A stretch of 63,863 nucleotides of DNA, the filler included, from Welwitschia mirabilis (lineage: Eukaryota): assembly GCA_051453625.1 (NCBI GenBank). It is 4 parts of one record of this genome, joined end to end, with 100 filler letters (N's around TTAATTAATTAA, not from the genome) between each part and the next. Parts side by side here need not be neighbours in the genome. Positions count along the whole stretch, not along the records: positions 37,819 to 60,365 come from JBOZIK010000001.1; positions 60,466 to 63,863 come from JBOZIK010000001.1; 2 more parts are not named here. One strand, 5' to 3'. The position numbers and the translations under genes are program-made. Below, piece after piece: positions 49,373 through 63,200 of this stretch (position 1 is the stretch's first letter; every line of letters starts with the position of its first letter). Below the pieces are notes generated by a model, which saw only the letters and a program-made list of their open reading frames with translations, ran no database searches and was not told the DNA's origin.

Positions 49373-52300
49373 AGGGGAAAATCAAGGCCGCGTCTACCTG
49401 AAGAATCATTGCCTAATCAAATATCTCCCGCATCAGGATCTTCCTGACGTGAATTCAGTTTGATTAAAACGAGTTTGCATCTTGTGTTCTATGCAAGCAA
49501 ATCCTGTCGTGGTCTAGTATTATCTTGTATGGAGTTCCGAATACCATTTTAATGTTGTAAAGAATTTGATGATGTACCGAATTGTTAGTAACAGGGGTTG
49601 AATCCATCGTTCGTGTGGAAAAATTCCGCGTATAATGTTGACTCTGATTAATGCCTTGTGTAATGACCAAGAGAACTACAGCCTCATGTAACCTTTACAG
49701 TGTGTTTCTTATCAAACTCCAGGAATGTTCTCAATGATGTAAGTTAATTGGTCTCTGTGGACGTTTGTTTCGTCTTTCATGTTGGTTTTAAGTCGCTTTT
49801 CTCGTCCGATTCTTGAAACTCTTTTTGTTGATGGGAGAGTCCTTATAATCCTTTGGTGTTTAATTGTAGAAGCTTGAAATTATCCTCTAGTTTAAGGCTA
49901 ATGATGTTAAAGATAGTGCTAAAAATAGTTAGCAGGATGAAGGAGATCTATTGATCATTGCTTAAGATATTAATGTTTCATTAACTATTCATAATTAGCA
50001 TACCACAATTCTGAATAAACCTTGTCTCAAAATAATTAGACAATATTAGCTATTTGTTTTTATTTTTAAATTTATAATTATTTATTTTAAGTTTTCTTAA
50101 AACTCTGGGCAATTTTATAAATGATATCTTTTAATCTCATTCAGTGTACATTTCTTTCGTCAAGAAAATTTTAAGGTTTGTATGAGCATAATAAAAAAAT
50201 TAAGTTTCAATCATATTAATTTTTTTCCTTTATGTAATAAATTCTACATTTATAGTGGTTGAAGCATTTTCAATGCTTAAAAAGTGTGGTAGTGCTTGCT
50301 AACTGTTTTTGTATTCAGAGTACATAGCTAACTACATTTTGTTAACATTCATTTGTATAACCATAATAAAAATAGTTATCATACTAGGTAATATGACAAT
50401 TACTAAGTATTTATAATCATGTGAAATGTTGTCATGGCCTTATATTCAATGGACATGTTATGATAATGGGGGAGTGTCAAACTCAATTTTTATTGGCCAT
50501 ATCTCTTTCTTAGGTGTATAATCACCATAAGCGTCTAAATGAATGATTTAAGTATGTATAAGGCTTAGTAGTATGCCAATCATGTTATCTAAATATTTAG
50601 ATCTATAACCTTTGGAATGGGAGACAAAGTATCCTATTGATTGGAGTACTATCTCATTAGCTGATGGACATGTTATATAGACTTATCCACCTTATACATT
50701 AAGAAAATCTTTGTAACATATTTATTACCTACAAGAATATAGGTGTATAGCATCTATAAAACCATTTTTTCATGTAAAGTTGGTATGAAAACCACATATC
50801 CATAGACACACACAAAAAAGATTACAATTTACAAAATTTTTTTATAGGTGAAATCTAGTAGCAAGGGATGCTAGTTTTCTACAAGCTTACAAAAGTATTT
50901 GTAATCCAATATGTTGCCAAAAGTTGAAAAACTAGTTTTACAGTTGTATTAAGATATATGAAGATTTGTTTATTTCTATGCGAAACATTTCTTATTTTAT
51001 TATAGCATTATTTATAAGCTCAATAGTTATTCATTAAATAAGTGTATTGTAAAAACACAATTATCATATTATTAAAAATAATAAAACTAAAATGAAGTTT
51101 CCTTTAATGTCTATAACACCTTACTGAGCTATTTGATAGAAGAAACGTAAATGGCATGAGCTTGAAAGAAGTCATCTATAAAATTACTGACAGTCTAGGA
51201 TAAAATCTGTAACAAGTAAAGTAATATGAAACTTCATCAAAATTTTCAAAAATGTACTTATACATTTGTATCTGCATTTGTATTTGTTTTCATTAATAAT
51301 TCTACTTTGGTATTCCATTTAATTGTTAGTTATCTATTCAAGGTTGTTTAAGAGGAAAATGATATTCATCTTCAATAACATTCTAGTCATAAAGATGACA
51401 TGTCTGCTTTTCTTAAAGGACTTAAGACATTTACTTGTCTCAATCTTTAGATAATGAGATTTCATTCTTGCCTTAATACACAGAATTTGCAAACGAAAGA
51501 GAATAGTAGCACTTAAATAAGTTTCCTTTGTAGATGTAGCTTCTCTAAATTTTTTTAATAAATTACCTTTTTTCCTTTTGTGTTTTCCCAAATCCTTTAA
51601 AGTGCTTTTATTCTATAATACTTGATTTCAATGAAAAATTTGTTGTTGAATGTTTTATGTTTTGAAGAAAAGCTTTCCCTAATGAAAACGACTTTTTCCA
51701 TAAGTCACTTGGAGTAACCTTTTAGAAAAGTTATTAGTAGTGGGATTTAAGAGATTATGCATATAAGCTACAAGTTGACAAATAAATTTTACCTTTAAAG
51801 GCATCAATTTAGCTTTAAGAACATAATTTCATATCAAGTTTGGTATTTTACCTTAAACTCTTTTAATTAAAAATATATTTGACGGATACATATATCGTAA
51901 AATGGTGGAGAGCATGAAACGACAGTAACCAGTTACTAAGAGTTCAAACTTTTCATTTATGGACACTTTATTTTAGTTTAGTCTATCTAAAAAAATCATT
52001 GATAACTATGTTTCTTACAATATTTATTTGCTCATCTGGGGCCCAAACAACATAATCATTCAGAACTCATAACTAAATAATAGTGTGAAACCATTGTCTA
52101 CAAACATCCCCACACATGATTGCCTTTTTTCGATATTTGGTAAATAAGACTTTCCTACCTTTAGTAACCTTTTAAATGGTGCAATTATTACATCTACGAG
52201 TATAAGATATTCCAAGATTAAATATTTATAAAAGGGAACAATTTCAACCTATTCATTTTCTATTTGAAAAGAAAAATGTGTATCACACATGTTGCAAATT

Positions 52301-52599
52301 GTAACTTGCATTAATCATTTATTTACACTAATAATAAAATTTATCCAAATTGTGCAACATATGTTGTAGACCTTGCTTTGTTTTATGAACCATTGCAACA
52401 TCATCAAAAAAGAGTAGAAAGTTCAAAGCATAGTTTTCTACTTAGAATGGTAGGAAACTTAGACCCCAAAAATCATTCTATTAAAAGCAAAAATGTATTA
52501 AAATAGAAATGTGAACAAATAATAAATTGGTAATACATAAAAAATTGGTCTAAGAGCAATAAAGTACAAATACTAAAAACAAAAATAGAAGAAAAAAAG

Positions 52600-55500
52600 C
52601 CAAAAACAAAACCATAGTACACTGTTTAAGTCAGTACTATAAGAAGTATATCAAATGCTCCCCATTTCTTTGATTTTTCTAGCTTAAACCTAGAGTTGAA
52701 AAGTTGCATTATATAAGATCTCATATTTATTTACCATATCTGAAAAATGGAGCTCATTTGTAAGGCAACATGCCTATAGTTAAAGACTCCACATTGTCTA
52801 GAAGAGGATAAGATCCTTGTCTAGTATCTTGAATCATCCACAACTTCACATTTCATATCGCTAATAACAACAAATCTATTATTCAAGAAAGGAGTATTGA
52901 AATCAAAATTAATTTATGTTTGACTATTGAGAGTTACTTAAATTTTTATTGGACTTTAGTTTATTTGAAACTATCATTTTGTATTATGTTGATCTAAAGG
53001 AAATCCTACTATGTTTACATTTAAATTAATAACACAAGAATTTAAAGAAATGTTATTAGATACCCTAAAATAAAAGGATACATCAACACTTGATTTTCCT
53101 TTTGAAGTTAAGAAAGGGCTTACACCATTAGATCTAAAAGGATTCAATGCCCTCATAGAGGTTGAGGAAAAGGGATTAAGCATAGAAAAAGCAATAAAAT
53201 TTTTTTCCCTTAACATCAGATTGTTGTTCTTCCCCACCTTTTTGCTTCTTCAATGCTAGATAATCATAAATAATATGGCCTGCTTGATGACAATAATGGT
53301 AGAATCTTGCCATGTTATAACTTTTCGAACATAACTTGCTTTACCCACCTTAAGTTTTAATTCTTTCTTCTTATGCTGTTCATTAATCCTTTCAAAGTAA
53401 TATGTATGAGGAGTGACACTAGGCGGTCACAGAGATGTTGATTTCACAATTAAACCAAGACTAGCAGTAATGGCCCACTTCATCATTTGAAAAATGACCA
53501 ATAGATTTTCTAACTCAAGATAACAAGGAATTTTAATATATTCAGGTGAGGAATGACATAGTTGAGACATGATAAAAATATCATTCATTAAGATAGGAAC
53601 GTTAGATGTACAAAGTAAGTGGTGATGATTAAGTGCAATAAAAACCAACATGATAATAAAACAACAGTACTTATGCAAAGACAATGCTAATTAAGAGAAC
53701 ACTAATGTAAGTGATGAAAAACAAATGTAGAATGAGGAATAATCCCCCTCATATCATGTCCATAACAAGCAAAAGTAGATGTCGTTAATCAGTCCTCTAA
53801 CATTTGCCTATAACTCTCCCTCTCTTTGGACATCATAAGACACTACTCACTAGAAGATGCATTAGTGTTAAACTCCTCTATGTAAGCTTGGTCATCTTCA
53901 TTACTCTTACTAGCACCTCCATAGTGCTTTAATCTAGATTCTTGATAAGTACTATATAATAAGGATGTCTCTTGCTATGGACTAGAGCTTGGTGGACGCT
54001 ACTGTTTGTTGTCTACCTAAGGGAAAGTCTATGAAACTTGTTGACCCATTCCATTGTATGTCTATGGAATGATAAAGATAAGAAAGAAGTTAGATTTTGC
54101 CCCTTGGAAAACATACTAAGTATCAACTAATATACTCACTAGAAGCAGTGAAATATGTGGCAGTGAATTAATATGTATTTGTGGTGCTTGCCTTTGCACT
54201 CTAAGCTCCGTAGGTGGTGAGCCAAAAAAGGAGCATCAAATTCAATAGATGATTGTTATTATATCCTATGAATCTACCCTTGCATGGTGTAACCCTATTC
54301 TATGGAGAATATTCCTCATATCTTAAATCATAGTTTGTTCCTCTTAGAGGCTATTTCTCCTCTGCATTTGAACCAGCCCTGTTGTCATGCTTGTGAGTGT
54401 TATCTATCCAAACAGGAGCGTCTATCTTCTTTAATTTAGATAGTGATTCCCCCCTCTCATTGATCCATATGCATATCCATCCTAACATCTGTTTAGGTTC
54501 ATGATGTTCTATTTAATTTACTCTAGCAATTGATTTTAGACCTTTCTTGTCTGAGAATGAAACTTATTGTCCAAATAATCTAGACTACTTGAGAGCTAGT
54601 TTGTATGAGCTAATACTTTTACCTTTTGTTTTTATAACCCCTCCTTTTTTTTCTGTTTTTAAACTAAATTATAATAGTGGATTTTTAGCCTTGATTATAT
54701 TGAAAGTAGGAATCTATATGTGAGCACTAGAAATGCACAAGCTAATAACAAATGGATGGCTAAAGGTTTATGCCTATTGGTATTTAGAAGTCACATCTTT
54801 ACTAATTACATTTCCAATATCTATCTGAATACTAGCCAATAAGTAGTTAACAATAAAAGTTTGCATAGTAGTATAGTAACTATAACTTCAACCTTTAACA
54901 AGAATATTGTACAACACTATGAGATTCAAGGTGGATGTATCAAGAGTCATCTCTTTAGGCTTAAGTTCTCATCAATTGTAGCATAAGCTTAGTTGAAAAT
55001 GTGAGATGTAAGATCCTTGGATGATGATCTAACTACTTTACTTGTAATGATCCTTTTAAAGGTAAAAAGATACAACCGAGGAACATTCGCCTCATCTATT
55101 TTAGTAGATTATTCACAAACCAAGGAGAAATATAAAGAATTTTATCACATACTTGTGTTTAAAAAGTGCTTTCATCATTATCTTTTTCATCCACATTACA
55201 AGAAAACTCATAAACCATTTGATCATGGGTACCTTGTTTGAGATCTACCAATTTCTACCACTGAAATGCTCAAAGTAACTATGGATTTTTGTCTACCTAT
55301 TTAGTTTCAAGCTAAGAGTTCTTTTTGCAACTATGTCAACTCAATTTCCAATTTGCATATCTTTTGTAGCATTTGGATTGATGAATGAGGGCTTATACGT
55401 ATGTTCTTATGTGAACTTTTTCCTTCTCTATTTTAGATTACTTTCTAGGATTGGAAGTACTCTTGGTGCAATCCATTTAAGAAGAGAATTAAAAAACTTA

Positions 55501-56737
55501 AGGGATAAATTAAGAACTTCAATGTGGAGGAGGAATAAGTTATTCAAGCAAGTTCAATAGCCAAACGTGTAGGCTGGAAGACTTGAGAAACTTGAATGAT
55601 AGATGTTGGATTTGTGTGAGTGCAAATTAATGTTTGAAAAGAAGGTTTATCTCTTTAAAGACATTTAACTCTAAATATTTATTTTCATTTTTACCTAGAT
55701 TACAGACATATTTGAAGTTAAAGATGTTTAATGATTGGCTTAGAGACATAAATAACATGGGAGACGTTTATGCCAAATTGATTTTGAAAAATAGAAATCT
55801 TAAGAGAAGATGTATATGACCTAAGTGCATAAAAAATGATGAAAACAAGTCATTTAATCATCATGAGACATTTTAACTGAGAAGAGATTCAAAAACAAGA
55901 ATTATGTAGTAGGTATCTATAATAACATAACATAATTTGCATATGCAGGGATGTCTACTAAAAAGGAGAGGTCTACACAAAAAATTATTAAAAATTTATA
56001 AGATGGTACAAAATGCATGATGAACCTATCAATAATGCATGATAACTTTAGAAAAGTAAAAATTTATAGTGTCTAAACATTAGTGTTGACAAGAAGGCAT
56101 ACACATCTAACTTACCTAATTGAGCATGGCTGAATTCCAAAATATTTGCATAACTTATTGAATTTAACTTCATTTACGGATTTGATGAAGATACTAGCCA
56201 ATGGTTCTTTTGTCTTAACATACTTCAAATTGATATTTCTACTTTACACATGATCATAGAGGAAATGGTGATAAATCTTTATGTGCTTTATTGGGGAGTG
56301 ATAAATCAAATTCTTCAATATGTTGACTACACTTTTGTTATCATAGTACACCCAAATATGCTTCCTAGTGATACCAAAGTCTTTAAGTATTGTTTCATCC
56401 ATGGAAATTGTTCACACAAACTCCTATAGCAATTTATTCTACTTTCTAGTTGAAAGGGCTATGGAATTTTTCTTCTTATCACTCCATGTTATTAAGTGTT
56501 AACCAAGGAAGTGGTAACATCCACTTGTACTTCTCCTATCATCTTTGCAACTTGCCTAACCTGCATCACAATATCCAACAAGATTAAGGTAAAAGTCTTT
56601 AGGATACTAAAGGCCCCATTATAGTACCCTCTAACTAGTAAAAAATTCATTTAATAGCCTTTATATGTGATTCCTTGGGATCACTTTGATAATGAACACA
56701 TATTCCAACACTTAGCATTATGTCAGGTCTAAAGGTG
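52600..56737 (-). mobile_element. Degenerate Sirevirus-like Copia (RT 3' end, RNase H, env-like remnant, multiple PPTs)
   Basis: Minus strand: RPDIMLSVGICVHYQSDPKESH, DDRRSTSG, KHIKIYHHFLYDHV. Env-like remnant YLLASIQIDIGNVI...HPFVISLC (~54730-54850). Purine tracts near 53815 and 52660. Left boundary uncertain. Confidence 0.7.
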
Positions 56738-57967
56738 TGTTGCAATGCATATTTGTGATTCCAATTCTAATACTCTAAATTTGACTTGAAATACCTAAAA
56801 TGCTGATAATCTAATTGCATAGGATACACATTTAAATAGTGGGATCAACTCAAATGTCATACACTTAGGGAAGACTTTAAAAATAGAATTTGGAAAATTG
56901 ATTTCAAAAAGTGAAGGAGAAGATATTTGGACTTTTTCTTTATAGAAAATAAAATAGAACAAAAAAAGCATGAAGACAAAATGCAAGGCAATGGAATGAA
57001 ATGAAATGCAATGTAATGTAGAATGAATGCAAAGATAATGCAACTAATTAATCAAATTTCCAATCTATTATCACTTAGATTAGTCCTTATAGCCTACATC
57101 AATTACAAATTCATGTCACTTTCGTTGCAATTAAGATAAGTTATAAGGAAGAAATAATAAAGCATTTGAAAAGAGTTCTAATTTACTCAATATCTTATTA
57201 TTAAAATTAAAGTACATCCAATTACAATAACAACTCCTTAATGGAAGATTCACTGCCTAACATCAAGGTAGTCCTTCTCATAAGTAGGATGGGTTTTCTT
57301 GCCTCCAACAATATCCAATCATCACAAGAATTTAGATGAAAAAAGATGGTTTTGAATGAGGCCCAAGAGGGTCTTATTATAGGTTAGGATGGACAGTTAA
57401 GGGTCACTAAGGGGTGTGAAATGAAAAGGTACAGTTAAGATTTACCTTTTCCTAACAATTAAATTAGTTTTATAAACTATTTTATTTGTTGTCCTTTGTA
57501 TTGTTTCCATGACATAGCAGATGTCCATTCTAACTATCAAATGATACTCAACATGTTTTAACCATTTAACCTTTGCTGACTATTGTTCTACATGTTATTC
57601 CAATGACATAGGGGATGACTGTTAATCCTTTTCAATTGCTTGTCATTCTACAATGGTCATCATGACAATAGACGAGATGACTATTATTCTGCATCAGTCA
57701 TTCCAATGACATAGAGGACGACTATCGTTTTGGATGAGTCATCCCAATGACATAGTAAACGATTAGTTGTTCTTGCTCAACTCCATCTTGATCATTATGT
57801 TTTAGTTCATCATCATGCAAAAACAACTCCTTGTATTGGAAATTACTGCATTTCATGAACTATATAGAATCTTTTCATAATTTACATAAATCCCTAGAAA
57901 ACTTGTTAATAGAACCTAAAAATGTGCTCCACAAGTGTGTTAAATAGGTTAATTGGGCTTTACAACA
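56738..57967 (-). repeat. Athila-like 3' LTR (1230 bp) inserted in the Copia RT
   Basis: Terminal inverted repeat TGTTGCAA...TTACAACA. Preceded on the minus strand by Athila-type CTAGGTGGGGGAC PPT (57970-57982). Internal (T/C)CAATGACATAG repeats at 57507-57755. Confidence 0.75.
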
Positions 57968-59300
57968 TAGTCCCCCACCTAGCATTTGTCAGTTCCTAAC
58001 AAAGTAAGAAGATAACAAGTTGCAAGCCAATTGACAAAATGAGTGAGAAAAGAAAAAGAAACTCAAAACATGTATATAGCATTAGAATTAAGTTTTGAGT
58101 ATAACATGCAAAATACATTTAAATTTGTTATAAAGCACAAGTGAAATAGGTGTATACTATCAATAATTAATTTGACATTATCACATATATTTATTATGTC
58201 AAGTAAAGGTAGGTGAATACTTTTAGCCTAGAAATCATGTAGTATATGCATAAAGCATGAAGAAAAGGGGAAGAAATTGGTCTAGATACGAAAAATCACC
58301 CTGTATGAAAATTGACTGAAGTCATGGACTAGATCCTATAAAAGCATGTTTTTGGAGCATTAAAAAAAGATGACAAAATAGATTAATAGCTCATGATTTA
58401 ACTGGTAGGATACGTCATGAAAAAGAAAGATTGCCAAGAAAAGGAGAGCATCAATGCTCTCATGATAAAGGATAGTCAAGGAAGAGATCAATTTGATTTT
58501 ATGCATAATAATCAAGTGATGAAAATGTAACAAGTAAACTAGAAAATGATAAAGTCCTAAGCATTATTTTGGAAAAAGTGAGAAAAATAACTTTGAGAAG
58601 ACAAACCAACAAACTAAGATAAGATAAAAATAAAAATGGACAAGATAGGACATGAAGAAGATTAACTTTTTGCTTTAAATTCCAGCCTAGTAAAACTTCT
58701 TGGTAAAGGTTATAAAACTACTTGATATAGGAATGCCTGATTCAATGTAAAATACCATAGAGTACCATTCTAAAGGGAAGTGATGATAACAATATCTAAT
58801 GATTATTTTTATCAAAGTATCAAGCCATGTTTGAACTATAATTCACTCCCTCTTTAGCTGTGACAATGATAGTACTTTGATAAGATATCATCCAATGATC
58901 AATATACTCATATGCTCATGAAGTCTATGTCTCATAGTGATGGGAGTTTTTAAGTCAATGGGGTGTTGAATAACGTTATTCATCATGATGAGGGGAGTAT
59001 AACCATAGCTAAAAGAATAAAAACCTACAAGCTGAAGCTAGATCATGACCAAGTAATCCTCTGGTGGAGTTTCCACAGCTATCATATCATACTACCAAAG
59101 GTCGTTCTTAGGAAAATTTGGCTTGGTATGCTTGTGGTAATACATCATGATATAATTGCAAGAGGGTGGTCCATATTTTCCCCTTCATATTTCCCTCTTG
59201 ATTTTAATTTTTATTCTTTTTCATTGACTTAGATTCCGATTTTTGAAAGCATTGACTAATCATTAGAATGATGAAGTAATAAAGTATATAATTGAAAATA
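57968..59300 (-). mobile_element. Non-coding 3' internal region of the Athila-like element and further TE fragments
   Basis: Contiguous with the PPT; non-coding; partly repeated in inverted orientation at 60480-60850. Confidence 0.4.
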
Positions 59301-59667
59301 AGCATTGGATTAACATAATTAATACTTTATACCAAAATAAATAAGGATTTTTTTTGTAGATATTAAAACATCCTAAGATTGACTAAATTAAATCTTTACC
59401 ACATAAAAACCTAAGGTAAAGAATTAGTTAATTATGATAATACTTATGGAAGTCAAACAAAATCAAGTTAAAGATGATTAAGTAGTATCATAACTTAAAC
59501 CAAGGAATAAGGCTAAGAAATAATTTAGTAGGTGGCCAAGGGGAGATCTTTATTTTTGCAAGTAGGATCTTCCAAGTGAATTACTTCTATCATGTTCAAG
59601 ATATAAGAACAATCATCTAGAGATGTATAAAGTTTTAACCTTTATCCATATACTTATTAGATATCTT

Positions 59668-60365
59668 TGAAGGATCTAGAACCCTAGAGGGGAAGATAAA
59701 TAGGATCTAAAAATAAATAACCTCAAACACTATTTCATAAATATTGATTACTAAAATATATTTGTGCATATGTCATAGAAAAATTAATCTGAAAGAAAGA
59801 TAACTAAAAGCAAAAAATAGTAATAAAGATAGACACATGATTTATAGTGGTTTGAGAAACCCCCACTTCATTCTCAATAATCAGCTTCTATTCAAGCCTG
59901 ATCTGGATCTTTGTAAATCACTTTCTAGGTATTCCACGTTCACTTGTAACCTTTTACAAGTAGATTTTTAAGAGGCTCAGTCTCAACATTTAGAAAGAAT
60001 TCTATTCATTGACAATGGTGTGCCGTAATAAATAGGTTACACTAGATCTAAAGTATAATANNNNNNNNNNGAAATGATAACACAGTCCATGTATGTACAG
60101 TGCAAACTGATTGACTAAGCATTGATGATTTCAAAAGATGTTTGTTCATTTTTGGTCAAATAGAAGATATGCCAAAAGTTATTTCAAAAATTTGTGCAAT
60201 AATTTTGATGGCCGACAAATATATAGGAGAGACATTTTTAAGGTTTTACAAGTAAAATAGACTCTCCAATGTTTAAAAATAGGAGGTTAAATAGCTAGAA
60301 AAGTCCCCTTTTTGTTATGACTCTTGAAATGTCTGGTTAACCCCTTTAGGTGCCATCACTGAAGT
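59668..60365 (-). repeat. Sirevirus-like LTR fragment, same family as 3834-5227
   Basis: Reverse complement of 59841-59910 aligns with 4961-5029 (agaagctgat.attgaga.tg.agt.ggg...aaaccactata). U5 end TATTTATCTTCCCCCTCT...ATCCTTCA. Truncated by gap. Confidence 0.8.
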
Positions 60366-61329
60366 NNNNNNNNNNNNNNNNNNNNNNNNNNNNNNNNNNN
60401 NNNNNNNNNTTAATTAATTAANNNNNNNNNNNNNNNNNNNNNNNNNNNNNNNNNNNNNNNNNNNNAATCAACTATTTAACTAGAGGGGGAACATGAAATG
60501 CTAGGTTATGAGAAATTATTTTTGTATCAGCTAATGTTTTGGTCTAACTCTGAGATTTATGCATCATGTATCACTAGACTTCATATTCCACTATAAGTTT
60601 AAACCCAAAATCAAATAAGCACATTGTTCTACTATAAGTACACTGAGGCAAATATTCCTGAGAGGAGTCCTTGGTAGTGTAATATGATAGCTATGAAAAC
60701 TCCACTAAAGGGTTAGTTAGCCATGATCTAGTCTAAAATTATACTTATAGGTCCTTACTCTTTTGATAGTGGTTGCACTTCCCTTAATATACTTTTAAAT
60801 GTTTCTAAACATTATTGATGGATAGAATAAATAAAAACTACAAAGGGATAGTCATGTTTTAGGTGTCATTTGAGGCATGATTAGTCATAAATGTTTTTAT
60901 TAACTATATCTAGTCCATCTTAAGCCTTTACCTTTGGAAACTAGAAAAATAAAAAAAGAAAGAAATGAAAAGAAAATTGAAGTGCAAAGACATACCCTAG
61001 TAACCCTCTCATATCTATTTCTTCATCCATGGTGCATATGTTGTTGAGTTAGAGGCTAAATTTTTACAATTTTTCATAATTTGGATTTTTCGAGAACACA
61101 TTAGATATCATAGGAAGTTGAGACTGAATAAGAAGTGAAAACTTGGGTTTTGATCATTAAATTTCATTTAGAGTAGTATTGAGAAATCTTTGACTTTTTT
61201 AAAAGAATTGATGGATCAATGCTTATAGTTCTTGATATCTAACTCATTTCATTATTATTTTATAAATTATTAAATAAAATTATATTTATTAAAATAAAAT
61301 AATAGTTAGTATTTTACATAGTAAATAAA

Positions 61330-61405
61330 GTAACTTATCTCATTTTATACAACTTATTTTAAAAAAAGTAACTTATCTCATTTTATACAACTTATTTTAA
61401 AAAAA
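61330..61405. repeat. Perfect 38-bp tandem duplication
   Basis: gtaacttatctcattttatacaacttattttaaaaaaa x2. Confidence 0.9.
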
Positions 61406-62379
61406 TATAAATCTCTTTATAATTTCTTTTATTAAAATATATTTTTAATGTTAAATTAAATGGTTTCTTTATCTTTGGCTATTGATATAATCTAAATAAA
61501 CTCTTTTGGAAAAAAACAAAACTAAATCCATGCTATAATATGTTTCATAATGGTTTTAAAATAAAATAAAAGTATTATTCAGTTACAAGGAAATGAATAA
61601 GTTTTGGAAATAAAACATACCTTTAGGACATTTAACAAGGAAAGGATTGGATTTTTTGTGTAAGCATCCTACAACTGTGGAAGGAAACTGATTTTACATA
61701 GACTTTAGTATTAAAAATTATGGCTTCTATTAAAGATAATGAAAATATAGTTAAAGAGAAGTTCAAAAAAAGTTTTAAAAATAAAAATAAAGATAACAAT
61801 GAAGTCTACTTTGATATTTAAAAATGTTAAAATTTTAGAATTCCTCAAGACTATAAGGCTTACATCATTTTGATATGGTATGGAAAGTATGCCCTTTTTT
61901 ATTGTAAGACCTACCATTATTAGCAAGAAGTAAGAGACCCCTAACATATGTTGCACTTTTGTATTTACCATAACCAAAAGCGTAAAAGAAGAAACAAAAG
62001 TAGACATTGATATATCGTTAAGAAAAGGAGAAAGATCCATGGTTATCTTAACTTCCTCTAAAATGTTTATCACTAATTTTTGTTTTTCAAAAAATAAAGA
62101 TGCTGCAAACACAAAATCTGCCTTATGTTCATTTTCTTAGTGCATCTTGAATGGTCAGTCACTTGAGAAAGGAACAATAAAGTGGATGAAGGAAAAAGAG
62201 AATTGAGAATAGATAGAAATATGCTAAGATCTTGCATATGCTTGAAAATGGACATCATAAATCTCTTTATACTAACAGAATAAAGCACTTGTGTTGTATT
62301 TGTGAAACTAACCAAAAGTGTTAATCTTAATGAAATGAAATGCTCTTATTAGTAGTTTATCCAAGATGCCTTTAGCACT

Positions 62380-63200
62380 TGAGCTCAAAAACCCTCTTCG
62401 AAAACAATGGTTTTTAAAGATCCCTTTAGAGCTCACAGTTGCCTTGGTAACTTTAATAAATTAAATTTCATTCACTTTTTACATGTTTCCTTTGTTTTAA
62501 ACGTTTCATTTTGAAGATTCCTTCAAAAATCCAAAGAACCCCTTTGATCTTTTCATCTTTTTTAAAAAAACATTTCATGTTTAAGACTTCTTTGAAAATC
62601 TAAAGAACCCATTCAAGCTCCTAATTACTTTAGTAACTTGAATAAATTAAATTTCATATGCTTTTCACATGTTTCCTTTGTTTTAAATATTTCATTTCAA
62701 AGATCCCTTTGAAAATCCAAAGATCCCGTTTGAGCTCTTCATCTTTTTCACAAAACCGTTTTATTTCGAAGATGCTTTGAAAATTTGAAGAACCCTTTGA
62801 GCTCTCCATCTTTTTCAAAAACATGTTTCATTTCAAAGATCTCCTTCACAAATTTGAAATCCCTTTGAAAATTTGAAGACCCCTTTGAAAATTCAAAGAA
62901 CCCCTTCAAGCCTTGGATATTTTTGTTTTAAATAAATGTTTTATTTGAATATCCCTTTAAAAATTTGAAGAACCCCTTTGAGCTTTCCATATTTTTTAAA
63001 TAAACATTTTATTTCAAACATCCCCTTCACAAATTTGAAAATCTCTTTAAAAATTTGAAGACATCCTTAAAAAATTTAAAGAATTCCTTCAAGCTCTCCA
63101 TATTTTCATTTGAAATAAACATTTTATTTTGAAGGACTCTTTTGAAACTTGCAAAGGTCCCTTACATTTGCCCCTTTGAAAAATCATCGAAGGGCCTTTC
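62380..63200. repeat. Degenerate satellite-like array with ~180-186 bp higher-order duplications
   Basis: Recurring CCCTTTGAAAAT.../AAGAACCCCTTTGAGCTC motifs; blocks at 62431 vs 62617 (186 bp) and 62781 vs 62961 (180 bp). Confidence 0.8.

Noticed and set aside
61330..61405. 38-bp perfect duplication as a functional element
   Set aside because: AT-rich slippage-type duplication or assembly artefact; nothing suggests function.
61711..62315. 133-aa and 80-aa minus-strand ORFs
   Set aside because: No recognisable domain; AT-rich composition; no convincing exon structure.
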